45,700 bases of DNA from Octopus bimaculoides. Lineage: Eukaryota. A program made the position numbers and the translations under genes. Where the stretch lies: contig NC_069000.1 of assembly GCF_001194135.2 (NCBI RefSeq), positions 21,363,288-21,408,987 of the forward strand. Direction: 5' to 3'. Below are positions 1 to 10,717 of this stretch, piece by piece (position 1 is the stretch's first letter; each line of letters starts with the position of its first letter). Below the pieces are notes generated by a model, which searched no databases, was not told the DNA's origin, and worked only from the letters and a program-made list of their open reading frames with translations.

Positions 1-90
1 CGGTCGACCCAGGGCTATAGTAAAAGACATTTGTCCACAGTGTCACGCAGTGGGACTGAACACGGAACCATGCGGTTGGGAAGCAAGCCA
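1..90 (-). mobile_element. tRNA-derived CORE-like SINE, head fragment truncated by the window edge
   Basis: Reverse complement reads GCTTGCTTCCCAACCGCATGGTTCCGTGTTCAGTCCCACTGCGTGACACTGTGGACAAATGTC (B-box-like GTTCAGTCC); homologous to the copy at 1265-1647. Confidence 0.8.
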
Positions 91-98
91 AGCCTGCG

Positions 99-139
<41 letters not shown>

Positions 140-1233
140 ACTCAAGTAGCGTACGTAGCTTGTAAGAACGGAGTAAATGATCAGCTTCGAACGAATTAAA
201 AAAAAAAACCTTTGCTATTCAGCATAGAATACTTCGTCCTCTGTAACATCGAAAAGTATGCGTGTGCGTATGTGTATATGTGTCTATACATGTGTGTCTG
301 TACGTGTGTGAGTGTGTGCGCGCGCGTGTATTGTTTGGCTTGTTACCTTTTATTCAGTGCGGCCAAGGCCATGCTGGTGCAGAACGTCTGTGTGTGCGAG
401 AGAGAGAGAGGGAAGAGCGAAAGAGATTATAACCATTTTCAGTTCAAAGACAACAAAAGAAAGCTGTGGTGGCTGCACATACATCATTCCTATTATTAGT
501 AGCGGCAAAAGAGCAACAATAGAGAAACGACGACGACGATAGGGACTGTGAGCAGGACAATAATGATGAGGATGATGGTGACGACGATGATGCTTTTTTA
601 TCGTTCAATGAAGACGGTAGCGATGCTGGTGGTGGTGGTGGCGATAGGGTGGTCGTCGTTGTCATGATCTTATTGATAATGTTGATTATATAATGGTGGT
701 GGTCACAACGATTATACTGATCGTGCGATGATGATGATGATGATACTGGAGGTAACATCATGTAGTAGCAGTGATCAATAAGAGGAACGCCATGGAAACA
801 TTGAGGAGAACGATCAAAAATAAGGAGGGAGAGACAAGAAAAGTTTGTATGTGTGGGTGTGTGTGAGAGAGAGAGAGTGTGTGTGTGTGTGTGTGTGTGC
901 GTGCGCGCTCTTCTATTAGACAGGATGTTGATAAAAGTGGTGGTGGTGGTGGTGGTCGTGGTGACAATGGCTATGATTTTGATTGTAATAGTGAGATATT
1001 GACAACATGTAATCTACATTTCTTAAGTTATCAAACAAAATAACAATGGGGAAAAGAGCGTGCAAGGAAGAAAGGGAGATAGAAGAGAAGGAAGAAAAAT
1101 TGAAAAAGAAGTAAAAAAAAACAACACAAGACGACATCTTGTCGATGAAATACATCCAGGTATGCATGCACAGCAAAGACAAGCATATAGAAACACTTTC
1201 TAATGCTGTAAAAGCCAAAGATACATGTATACT

Positions 1234-1264
<31 letters not shown>

Positions 1265-1267
<3 letters not shown>

Positions 1268-1647
1268 CAGTCATTTGACTGTGGCCATGCTGGAGCACCG
1301 CCTTTAGTCGAGCAAATCGACCCCGGGACTTATTCTTTGTAAGCCTAGTACTTATTCTATCGGTCTCTTTTGCCGAACCTCTAAGTTACGGGGACATAAA
1401 CACACCAGCATCGGTTGTCAAGCAATGCTAGGGGGACAAACACAGACACACAAACACATATACATACATATATATACATATATACGACGGGCTTCTTTCA
1501 GTTTCCGTCTACCAAATCCACTCACAAGGCTTTGGTCGGCCCGAGGCTATAGTAGAAGACACTTGCCCAAGGTGCCACGCAGTGGGACTGAACCCGGAAC
1601 CATGTGGTTGGTAAGTAAGCTACTTACCACACAGCCACTCTTGCGCC
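1265..1647 (-). mobile_element. Full-length tRNA-derived SINE with CORE-like domain
   Basis: Minus strand: A-box GTGGCTGTGTGG, B-box GGTTCAGTCC, then GTGGCACCTTGGGCAAGTGTCTT resembling the MIR/CORE motif GTGACCTTGGGCAAGT. Internal (TA/CA) tract. About a dozen related copies in the window. Confidence 0.85.
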
Positions 1648-1661
1648 TATATATATATATA

Positions 1662-1694
<33 letters not shown>

Positions 1695-1734
1695 CGTGCG
1701 TGCTTACATGTGTTATATATTTATGAGTGGAGGA

Positions 1735-2195
1735 GGGATTCTTTTCTTCAGTGCAAGAAGACATTTCAACCTTCAACAATTACTGACACTCTACAGAGCT
1801 CAGGTGAGGCCTGCCATGGAGTATTGCTCCTACATCGAGGACACTGCTGTTGCTGCACACACAGACATTCTAAACCACATCCAGACAAGGGTCCACTCAA
1901 CTGATAAAGTCATTCACAGACACACTCCAGACGGTAGCCCATAGACATACTGTCTTTTCTCTCTTTCTCTCTGCCTTTTCTTCTGCTACTACGATAGCTT
2001 CTGCTTATACTGCCTCCGCTCAGACAACTCTGACCCACTTGTTTCACCTCCTATTCCTCTTGTGTGTAGCCCACCAGACCCCACTTCCTTCCCACAATGT
2101 CAGCCTTCTGGAACCCCTTTGCCTGCTCATGTCTTTCCCATATGTTGACTTGCAAAGGTTCAAGAACATGAACGGTATCAATCTATCTGTCTTGC
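1735..2195 (+). mobile_element. Degenerate 3' fragment of a CR1/Jockey-group LINE (post-RT C-terminus)
   Basis: Translation ARRHFNLQQLLTLYRAQVRPAMEYCSY matches the LLTLYKAQIRPxLEYCSHIW motif; downstream CTTCTGGAACCCC-TTTGCCTGCTCATGTCTTTCCCA matches the LWNxLPxxVFP terminal motif; frameshifted. Confidence 0.75.
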
Positions 2196-2442
2196 AGGGC
2201 CTGCAAACCCCACAGTACTCCTTCAAACCCCAGCAAATAAAAATATGTGTATATGTGTAAATATCTGAAATTGGTAAAGGCATCAGGCAGTGGTTCATAT
2301 TTTCATACTTCTTCAGTTTATATGGAGAAATGATCCTTAGAAAGGTAAAACTCAACTGAATGAACATTAAAATAAATATTTTTTCTTCTTTTTATGTAAC
2401 AAAAACTAAATTTATTTGCATAAAGGTATTTTTTCTCAATAC

Positions 2443-2775
2443 CAGTGGTTCTCACCTGAGGTTCATACGATCCCCAGAGGTCCAGATAAGAATTTTGGAG
2501 GTCCATGCAAGCAAAATAGTAAATTGCATATACAGTAGTATATTAAGGATCCATGAAAACTTTGATTTAGATGTGTTTATTGGAAGAAACAACTAGGTTT
2601 CTTTCTCTAACATTTTACATAGTTTAACCTACACAAGTTAATGTTTGAAAAACAAAATAAGAATTTTGAAAGAAGTATCTATAAAACTAGTTTTTAAATA
2701 TTAAGATGCTATGGGGATCCACCTGAATAAAATGAGGTTACTATAATAGGTAAAAAAAATGGTTGAGAACCACTA
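2443..2775. mobile_element. hAT (Charlie/Buster-like) MITE
   Basis: Terminal inverted repeats CAGTGGTTCTCA (2443) and TGAGAACCACTA (ends 2775); non-coding AT-rich interior; flanking 8-mers match only 5/8. Confidence 0.7.
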
Positions 2776-2811
2776 GTCTAAACAGAAATATACTGAAAAA
2801 CATATCTAGTG

Positions 2812-3133
2812 TTCTATTGTGTCTGGGGAGAGTCATTTTCTTATTGTGCCTTAAAATTTAACACACTCGCCGGTAAAATTTCCACTTATTTTTCTTTTTA
2901 TTTTCTTAAAACCTTATCAATAGTCTTGACTGTCCAAGACTATTGGACAGTCAAGACTATTGATAAGGTTGCAAGACGCAACGAAAATTTTAGGAAAATA
3001 AAAAGAAAAATAAGTGGAAATTTTACCGGTGAGTGTGTTAAATTTTAAGGCACAATAAGAAAATGACTCTCCCCAGACACAACAGAATATGCTTCAACAC
3101 ACGAAATCACATAAAAAATCTTGCAAACCAAAT
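2812..3133 (+). mobile_element. Fold-back, hammerhead-bearing Penelope/retrozyme-like element (copy 1)
   Basis: Outer inverted arms 2812-2910 / 2988-3087; perfect 28-bp inner arms 2910-2937 / 2943-2970; hammerhead at 2957-2993; 3' motif 3093-3133 shared with 32397-32437 and 42327-42367. Confidence 0.7.
2957..2993 (+). ncRNA. Minimal type-I hammerhead ribozyme with U3-A8 core variant
   Basis: CUA | UUGAUAA | G | GUUGC-aagac-GCAAC | GAA | AAUU | U | UAG: 3-bp stem I, core, extra purine, 5-bp stem II, GAA, palindromic helix III, H17. Confidence 0.6.
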
Positions 3134-3607
3134 CCAAAAACGAAATATCTGATGGTTATTTCCCTTGGAATAACATGTAATAAATAAAATAAGTGATGTG
3201 AAAGGCTCTGCCTAAATCATCATCTCTTCATCTTCTTCCCAGCAGAGAAATATCTAAAAAAAAGACTTGTCAGACTGCCTCATGGTTCCTGCAGATAAAA
3301 TGTTGCCCCAGAGAATGGTGAGGGAGATGTATTGGAATACTTACGACACACTTGTGGATAGCCATCTCCATTCCAAAAGATATTACTAGGTCAGAAATTT
3401 AATATCAGTTATCATTGAATTAATTACTGAAGTAAACAGAACCTAAAAAGTGCTACTAAATCCAATCATGGAATGTAGTAAAAAGGCTAAACAATGTTGA
3501 GAAAAAAAATTTTGACCATTAACCAAACTAAACAATTTATATTTCAAAACCAAGCAAATAAAATCTTCCCATTCTTTTGACATCCTTGAAGATATGATAT
3601 CCACAAT

Positions 3608-3644
3608 GACTAAACTACATTTCAATATGAAATGTAGTTTAGTC
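3608..3644. repeat. Perfect 17-bp inverted repeat with 3-nt spacer
   Basis: GACTAAACTACATTTCA-ata-TGAAATGTAGTTTAGTC. Confidence 0.9.
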
Positions 3645-3876
3645 TGAAGTATTTCAACAAAAACGAAAAAAAGAGTTAAGGTTTTTGTTTACTTAAGTCT
3701 AATTTATGAGGCGATAAAATACAGAAAAGAGACTTTTGAAAAGAGATTGTGGAGAAGAATAAAGTAGATTTTCTATATTGAAAGGTACAACTGTTGAGTT
3801 AGTTTTGTAAAAAACTTTGGTGAGACGAAGACAAGATCATAGTTTTAAATAAATTTGAAGTAATAACTTATTAATA

Positions 3877-4355
3877 TATTATTCTTTCAAAAGTAATGCT
3901 TATTTATTCACATTGTTTTGAATTAATCAAGCATTGTTTTGTAGCTTGGAGATTTTGATGAGGTTACTATAATTTTTAGACTGATATTGTAGAGAAGGTG
4001 TAAGAAGCCAGACCTGGCCAGTTTCAGCATAAAGCACATAGAAATATTTTGGTTGGATATCATCATCATCGTTTAACGTCTGCTTTCCATGCTAGCATGG
4101 GTTGGACGATTTGACTGAGGACTGGTGAACCAGGTGGCTACACCAGGCTCCAATCTGATTTGGCAGAGTTTCTACGGCTGGATGCCCTTCCTAACGCCAA
4201 CCACTCTGAGAGTGTAGTGGGTGTTTTTATGTGCCACTGGCACGAAGGCCAGTCAGGTGGTACTGGCAACGGCCACGCTCAAAAGGGTGTATTTTATGTG
4301 CCACCTGCACAGGAGCTAGTAAAAATATGGTTGGCTTAATTGCTAAAGGACTAAT
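3877..4355. mobile_element. TTAA/piggyBac-like MITE split by an RTE 3'-end insertion
   Basis: 3877-4060 matches the body of the 10493-10717 MITE; its end (ATATGGTTGGCTTAATTGCTAAAGGACTAA) resumes at about 4325-4355 after the insert. Confidence 0.7.
4061..4320 (-). mobile_element. RTE-LINE 3' end (5'-truncated copy or derived SINE)
   Basis: (CAT)n tail plus GTTTAACGTCTGCTTTCCATGCTAGCATGGG...CTGGATGCCCTTCCTAACGCCAACC; homologous to the LINE 3' end at 20951-21255. Confidence 0.85.
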
Positions 4356-4579
4356 GAGAGATGATATCATTTTGGAAAAAGGTATAATAGTTGGATAATG
4401 AGAGATAAAAGAAAATTAAAGGAGGAGTTGAGAGAGATAAATGGATGAAGTAAAATCAATTTTATGAACAAGCACTTAAACCAGCTGAAAATGATGCAAG
4501 CAGTAATGATGAGCGATTGATAAAAGTTAATATAGCTACTACGGATCAATTCTGATTCTACATGTAGGTATATGTGTGT

Positions 4580-4810
4580 GTGGCCAGTGCCAGAGATAAG
4601 TGTGAGGCACTTGTGCCAGTGATACATGCGAGGCACCTGTGCCAGTGACACATAAAAGACACCCAGTACACTCTAAGGAGTGGTTGGTGTTAGGAAGGGC
4701 ATCCAGCCATAGAAACCAAACCAAAACAGACTGGAGCTTGGTGCAGCACTCCAGCTGACCGGTTCTAGTCAAACCACCTAACCCTTGCCAGTGTAGAAAA
4801 TGGATGGAAA
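4580..4810 (+). mobile_element. Older RTE 3'-end-related repeat
   Basis: GGTTGGTGTTAGGAAGGGCATCCAGCCATAGAAACC motif shared with 21100-21140; relatives at 14343-14530, 14700-14810, 19515-19790, 39790-40290 and 44680-44850. Confidence 0.7.
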
Positions 4811-5285
4811 AGAGAGTATGTTTGTTCATTCATTAAATGCCTGTTTTTCATCTTAACAGGGACTGGACGAATATGTATTGAGATATTGTTTAACAGCCAG
4901 ATGCACTTCCTGTTGCTCACATCTGTTTTTCAACTAATAGATTTTTTTCTTTTTTTCCAATCCACTCATCTTCAAAAGCACAGAACACCAGGATGAATTG
5001 AAAGAAGAAAATGCCAACAAACATCACCATTTTCTGCTCAACAATTTTTCATGCAGAATGTAAGCTTACAAAGACATTCACATGCAAACACACACACACA
5101 CACACACACATATACTTATATATATATATACAATAGTCTTTCATTGAGTTCCCATCCACCAATTGCCCTCACAAGGCAGCCCAAGAGTACAGTAGAAGAC
5201 ACATGCCTAAGGAGCCATGTAGTGAGATAGAACTTAAAACCACATGTTAACAAAGCAAACTCTATATCCATACAGTTATATCTGC

Positions 5286-5336
<51 letters not shown>

Positions 5337-6004
5337 GTTGCCCTCATCATTCAATGTTCACTTCTCCATGCATCCATGAACCCAGGACCATGTGGTTGGG
5401 AAGCAAACTTCTTACCACACAGTTGCACCTGCACCTTAAAAGAAATGTATCAAAAAGAGAAAGAGAAAAATAATGATATGAAGGAAGATAATGAATGTTC
5501 ACTCTTCCCATCACCATTACATTTCTAATGACCTCTAACTGGACACAATCGTTCTGAACTGGACCAGATGATATATGAATGATGATATATATATAAAGAG
5601 GTAAATTGTCAAGGACTTTGTAAAAAAGAGATTATCTGAGATCAAATCCAGTTATTGATTATAGAAGTATAATAAAACAACACTATTTTGACCATCCACA
5701 CACACACACACACAAAATATGTAACAACAACAAAACAGAAAAAAAAAAGAGAGAGAGGGAGAGAACAGAAATATGATCCAATCAGATGAAAGAGTGTGAT
5801 GTTTTGAAATGGCAAAGTTATATTAATATATGAAAGGAGAAGACTAAGAAAGATGATCTAAACTTGAAATAGGATAAAACCTTACAGGTCACAATACAGG
5901 TTATTTATCATCCCTGCTTACCACTATCACTACCATAAATATCACCAATCCAACTACTACCACCACTTCTATCATCATCAACCCCAACATTATAGTCACC
6001 AATG

Positions 6005-6043
<39 letters not shown>

Positions 6044-6264
6044 TTAGGGAAAAGAACCAAGATTCATGAACTCATCGATGAAAATCAACTGTTACATATT
6101 TATATATATTTTATACTGTGAAACTTAATTTAATTTTAATTTTTAATAAATTGATTTTAATTGAGTTTTTACCTGTAATTTTGGATTTTAACCCTAATAT
6201 CATCATTATATATATATATGGAAAACAGATATTAGATGATGATGATATAGATACATTTTTTTTT

Positions 6265-6420
6265 TTCGACCTTTCAAAGCCTAGCCAGGCTCATGGGCCC
6301 GGTTTCCCGGTTTCTATGGCGTATGTGTTCCCCCCAGCTGGACAGGACGCCAGTCCATCGCAGGGTTACTCAAGAAACAGGAAGAAAGAGTAAGAGAAAG
6401 TTGGGGCGAAAGAGTACACA
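6265..6420 (-). mobile_element. SINE fragment with V-domain-like motif
   Basis: CTGGACAGGACGCCAGTCCATCGCAGGGTTA resembles the V-SINE domain; AAACAGGAAG..AGAGAAAGTTG..G.GAAAGAGTACA is shared with the SINE at 30315-30528. Confidence 0.55.
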
Positions 6421-6708
6421 CTGCCATACAGCAATTAGTTAGAAGATTAAAGATTAAAAAGCAGTCAATTAACCTGAAGTACCTTTCTTAAATAATATTT
6501 TTGTTTGTTTTTTTGCTATTATTTAATTTGTAGGTTAATTACCCTATAGAAATATTTGATATGCTTTTCAAGTACCTACAAGTAAATAAATCAATCTTCT
6601 TTTCATAAAGTATCAATATAATTATGCTATTACAACAAACATACACTTGCTTCAAATCTTCTTTATTAAAAGATGCTGCTGGCGCTGCAACAGTTACCAC
6701 TAGACGAT

Positions 6709-7294
6709 GATAATAATAATAATCCTTTCTATTATAAGCACATGGCTTGAAATTTTTTTTTTGGGGGGGGGTTAGTTGATTACATCAACCCCACTGCTCA
6801 ACATGTACTTATCTGTCACCCCCAAAAGGATGAAAAGTAAAGTCAACCCCAGTGGTATTTGAACTTAGAATGTAAAGCAGGACAAAATGCTGCAACGCAT
6901 TTTGCCTGGCATGCTAATGACCCTGCCATCTTGCTGCTCTTAACAATAATAGTAATAATGGCTTCAAATTTTGGCACAAGGCCAGCAATTTCAAGGGAGG
7001 GGTTAAGTCGATTACATTGACCCCAGTGCTTAACTGGTACTCATTTTATCGACCCCAAAAAGATGAAATGTAAAGTCAACCACAGTGGAATTTGAACTCA
7101 GAACATAAAGATGGACAAAATGCTGCTAAGCATTTTGTCCAGCGTGTGAACAATTCTGCCAGCTTTCCACCTTCATTAATAATAATAATAATCCTTTCTA
7201 CTAAAGGTACAAGGCCTGAAATTTTGGGGGAGGGGACTAGTCAATTACATTGATCCTAGTGTTTTGCTGGTACTTGATTTATTGACCCTGAAAA
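6709..7294 (-). mobile_element. Tandem array of three Nin/Deu-domain-like tRNA SINEs
   Basis: Units at about 6709-6941, 6942-7173 and 7177-7294 (truncated); each begins with an (AAT)n tail on +; minus strand carries CTTTCATC..TT.GGGGTCGATAAAATGAGTACCAG (Deu/Nin-like) and B-box GAGTTCAAATTCC. Confidence 0.8.
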
Positions 7295-8592
7295 TAATGA
7301 CATATTTCCATTGAACTGGAGCAGTGTTTCACCAGTTAGCACAAAGCATCCATAAGATAGAACCAAGCCTAGGTCCTGCTTTTAAAACAGCAGATCGCAA
7401 GCCCTAGAACACTCTTAACACTGTCCTCTTCAGAAGCTTATATACAGTATGTAAAAAGGTTTTCAAGGGCAAATTAAATTATGAAACACAGACATGCATG
7501 CATGTACAGCATTCATGGACACCCATATACTTGCATGCACAAACACACTTGGACTGACATGTGTATGTACACACACCAACATGCCAAACTGAGATCCATG
7601 GAAGTGAAATTCAGCCAAATGGCCCGTAAAGCAGATGTGAAAGAAACATTATATAAGCCATGATATTTTCAAAAATTGCAATGACAAGAGAAACTTCCTC
7701 TTCTTCTGTATTTAGAATTCTATTCATGTCTAGAATGCCTTACAGAGATATAAATCAACTCCAGTTGGGTACTTGACTGGGACTTTATTTTACTGGTCCT
7801 AGCAGGATGAAGAGTAATGTTGGGTGTAGTAGGATTTGAACTCAGAATGGAAATAAAGAAGTGTTGCTAAGTACTGTAAGGCTTTTGTCTGACACCTTGT
7901 CCTGCTGGAGGAGAAGGGATGTGAGGAATATTTAAGACAAAACAAAACAAGCCAATAAACAATAAACAAATAACAATGATATATTGGTAATTAAATTCTA
8001 AATATAGTAAGATTAAAATTGATAATTAAGTAATGATTTTGGACAAATGTGGTGGTAATGGGTAATTATATTGAACTGCTAGAAGTCCCAGACAGTTCTT
8101 TTAATTACTTCTCTCTACCACTCCATACACTTCAGATTTTGCAATTAAAGTGACAAGAGTTCAATAAACCTTTCTTGGTATCTCGAGATATAGAAATAAT
8201 AATGGTTTCTAACAGAGACACAAGGCCATAAACTTTGTCGGAAAGTTTTGTCAATTAAACCAAACCCCAGTATACTTGACTCATACTTTATTTTATGAAC
8301 CCAGGAAAGATGGAAAACAAAGCAAACTTCAACAGGATTTGAACTCAGAATGTAAAGAGCTAGAATAAATAACACAAGGCAGTTTATCTGATACTCTAAC
8401 AACTGCAGATCACTCTATCTCTCATTCTCTCTCACTCCCTCTCTGTCCCTCCTCTCTCTTGATTTGCCACTCACTTGAACTATACCTCCTCTGCTTAACA
8501 CTTTTTATTTCTGTTTTTCTTTGTACTGCTCCCTTCAACTGTAGGAAGGTAAAAGTAACATCCACAGGTATTTGTTGAGAGATAGAGTATGT

Positions 8593-8624
<32 letters not shown>

Positions 8625-9057
8625 GAGACAGAGAGACAGACAGAGACAGAATAACTGTCAGATAGATAAATAGATAGAGAGAGAGATAGGTAGATAGATA
8701 GACAACATTTCTTTTTGCAATTTCCATATTTTCAATGCCTCTATCATATGCCATGGAAAACAAAAAGTTTTCCAGCATTTTCTCTATGACGATATGAGAA
8801 CGGTTTCATTGTCTTTCACTACTATTCTGTATGCAATCCCTTCCGTCACTCAGTCTATCTCTGTAACTCTCTCTCTCACCCCCCCTCTCTCTCTCCCCTC
8901 CCCCTCTCTCTCTTCCTCCTCCCTTGCCTCTCACCCATCATCCTGTGTTTAACACATATTTGTCTCACCTGTCAGTACTATGAATCTCCTCTCTCTTACT
9001 CCCTGTCTGTCCCTCCTTTTTGCCACTTTACCTCTCACTTCAACCATACTTCCTCTG

Positions 9058-9173
9058 CTTTGGTTAGCCTGTGGTTATAGTAGAAGACAAACGCCCAAAG
9101 TGACATGCAGTGGAACTGAACCTGGAATCATGTGGTTGGGAAGCATGCTTCTAACCACACAGCCACTCCTGCA

Positions 9174-9176
<3 letters not shown>
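9058..9176 (-). mobile_element. CORE-like SINE head fragment next to (TA)n and a gap
   Basis: Homologous to 1540-1647. Confidence 0.75.
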
Positions 9177-9218
<42 letters not shown>

Positions 9219-9787
9219 NNNNNNNNNNNNNNNNNNNNNNNNNNNNNNNNNNNNNNNNNNNNNNNNNNNNNNNNNNNNNNNNNNNNNNNNNNNNNNNNNN
9301 NNNNNNNNNNNNNNNNNNNNNNNNNNNNNNNNNNNNNNNNNNNNNNNNNNNNNNNNNNNNNNNNNNNNNNNNNNNNNNNNNNNNNNNNNNNNNNNNNNNN
9401 NNNNNNNNNNNNNNNNNNNNNNNNNNNNNNNNNNNNNNNNNNNNNNNNNNNNNNNNNNNNNNNNNNNNNNNNNNNNNNNNNNNNNNNNNNNNNNNNNNNN
9501 NNNNNNNNNNNNNNNNNNNNNNNNNNNNNNNNNNNNNNNNNNNNNNNNNNNNNNNNNNNNNNNNNNNNNNNNNNNNNNNNNNNNNNNNNNNNNNNNNNNN
9601 NNNNNNNNNNNNNNNNNNNNNNNNNNNNNNNNNNNNNNNNNNNNNNNNNNNNNNNNNNNNNNNNNNNNNNNNNNNNNNNNNNNNNNNNNNNNNNNNNNNN
9701 NNNNNNNNNNNNNNNNNNNNNNNNNNNNNNNNNNNNNNNNNNNNNNNNNNNNNNNNNNNNNNNNNNNNNNNNNNNNNNNNNNNNNNN
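9219..9787. other. Assembly gap (other gaps: 18714-18723, 20299-20950, 26477-27288, 28401-29037, 29932-30314, 33839-34548, 41743-42079)
   Basis: Runs of N; most abut (TA)n or lie inside young transposons. Confidence 1.
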
Positions 9788-9971
9788 GAAAAGGGTGCTT
9801 ATATAAATGTATCATGTGTTTTTAATTTAGTCCTTTTTGTATGGTACTGCATTATTCCACATATATATAAGTGTAAATATTAAGTTCCCAATGTAATATA
9901 TTCAAACAATGTCCAATTCAATTATTGTCACTCTAAGAATGTTTAACAATGCATTTCTGTACATACACATC

Positions 9972-10051
<80 letters not shown>

Positions 10052-10492
10052 CATACATACATATTGTTTAACACACACACACACACACACGCCATGAGAA
10101 TTACAAAACCCAACAGATGAAATTTTATTAGAAAAAAATAAGATGCAAGAAAAGGATAGAATCTATCATTAAGAAGTCATAACTTCTGTTGATGGCCATG
10201 GTAGGAGAAGTATTACGAAAGAGACTGGCTAAAACATTTCATAAGAAAAATTCTAAGCCGGTGGATAGCAGTAATAAATGTAAGGTGTTACGATATTTAG
10301 TATTTATAGTGATTTGTTGCAGATCAGTTGTTCAAAAAAGGATGTGAGGTGAGTAGCTCCAGGCATTTATGTCAGGAGAAAAAGGATTAGGATATTGAAG
10401 GTGAAAGATAATGGGAATGAGCTTTGGAAGAAAGAAAGGTTCAAAGAGTTCACATGTTGTTTCAGAGTTCACAATCCTACAATAGTAGACCT

Positions 10493-10717
10493 TTAACCCT
10501 TAAACATTCAAATTATTCTGTCAAGTGTAAAACTTACTTACATTGTTTTAAATTAATCATGCGTTATGTTGTAGCTTTGAGAGCTCAATAAAGTGGTTGT
10601 TGCATTTTTAGAATGACATTGTTGGGTAGGTGTGTGAGATCAGATTTGGTTGATTTGAACAAAAAACAAATAAAGTATTTGAGCCAGATATGGCCAGTTT
10701 AAATGATAAAGGGTTAA
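10493..10717. mobile_element. piggyBac-like TTAA MITE (~225 bp), reference copy
   Basis: TTAA-CCCTT...AAAGGG-TTAA ends; five further copies in the window. Confidence 0.8.

Noticed and set aside
212-1342. ORFs rich in CV/HT/IY/SSS/PPP/HHH (also many later ones, e.g. 5244-5528, 17113-17402, 25292-25788, 30906-31149)
   Set aside because: These are translations of (GT)n, (TA)n, (GAT)n and (GGT)n microsatellites, not genes.
2290-2322. Minus-strand CTGAAGAAGTATGAAA
   Set aside because: No room for a stem II and no stem I pairing.
7620-7745. Minus-strand open stretch ILDMNRILNTEEEEVSLVIAIFENIMAY
   Set aside because: No convincing donor site and no recognisable homology.
8980-9825. Long ORFs of 130-450 aa in the track (also 20028-21182, 26358-27557, 28296-29133, 29871-30395, 41536-42246)
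   Set aside because: Their length comes from N-runs; only the transposon-derived non-X parts are informative.
10170-10480. Possible decayed LINE endonuclease (minus, PDINAWS resembling GDFNAW)
   Set aside because: A single weak motif; insufficient to call.
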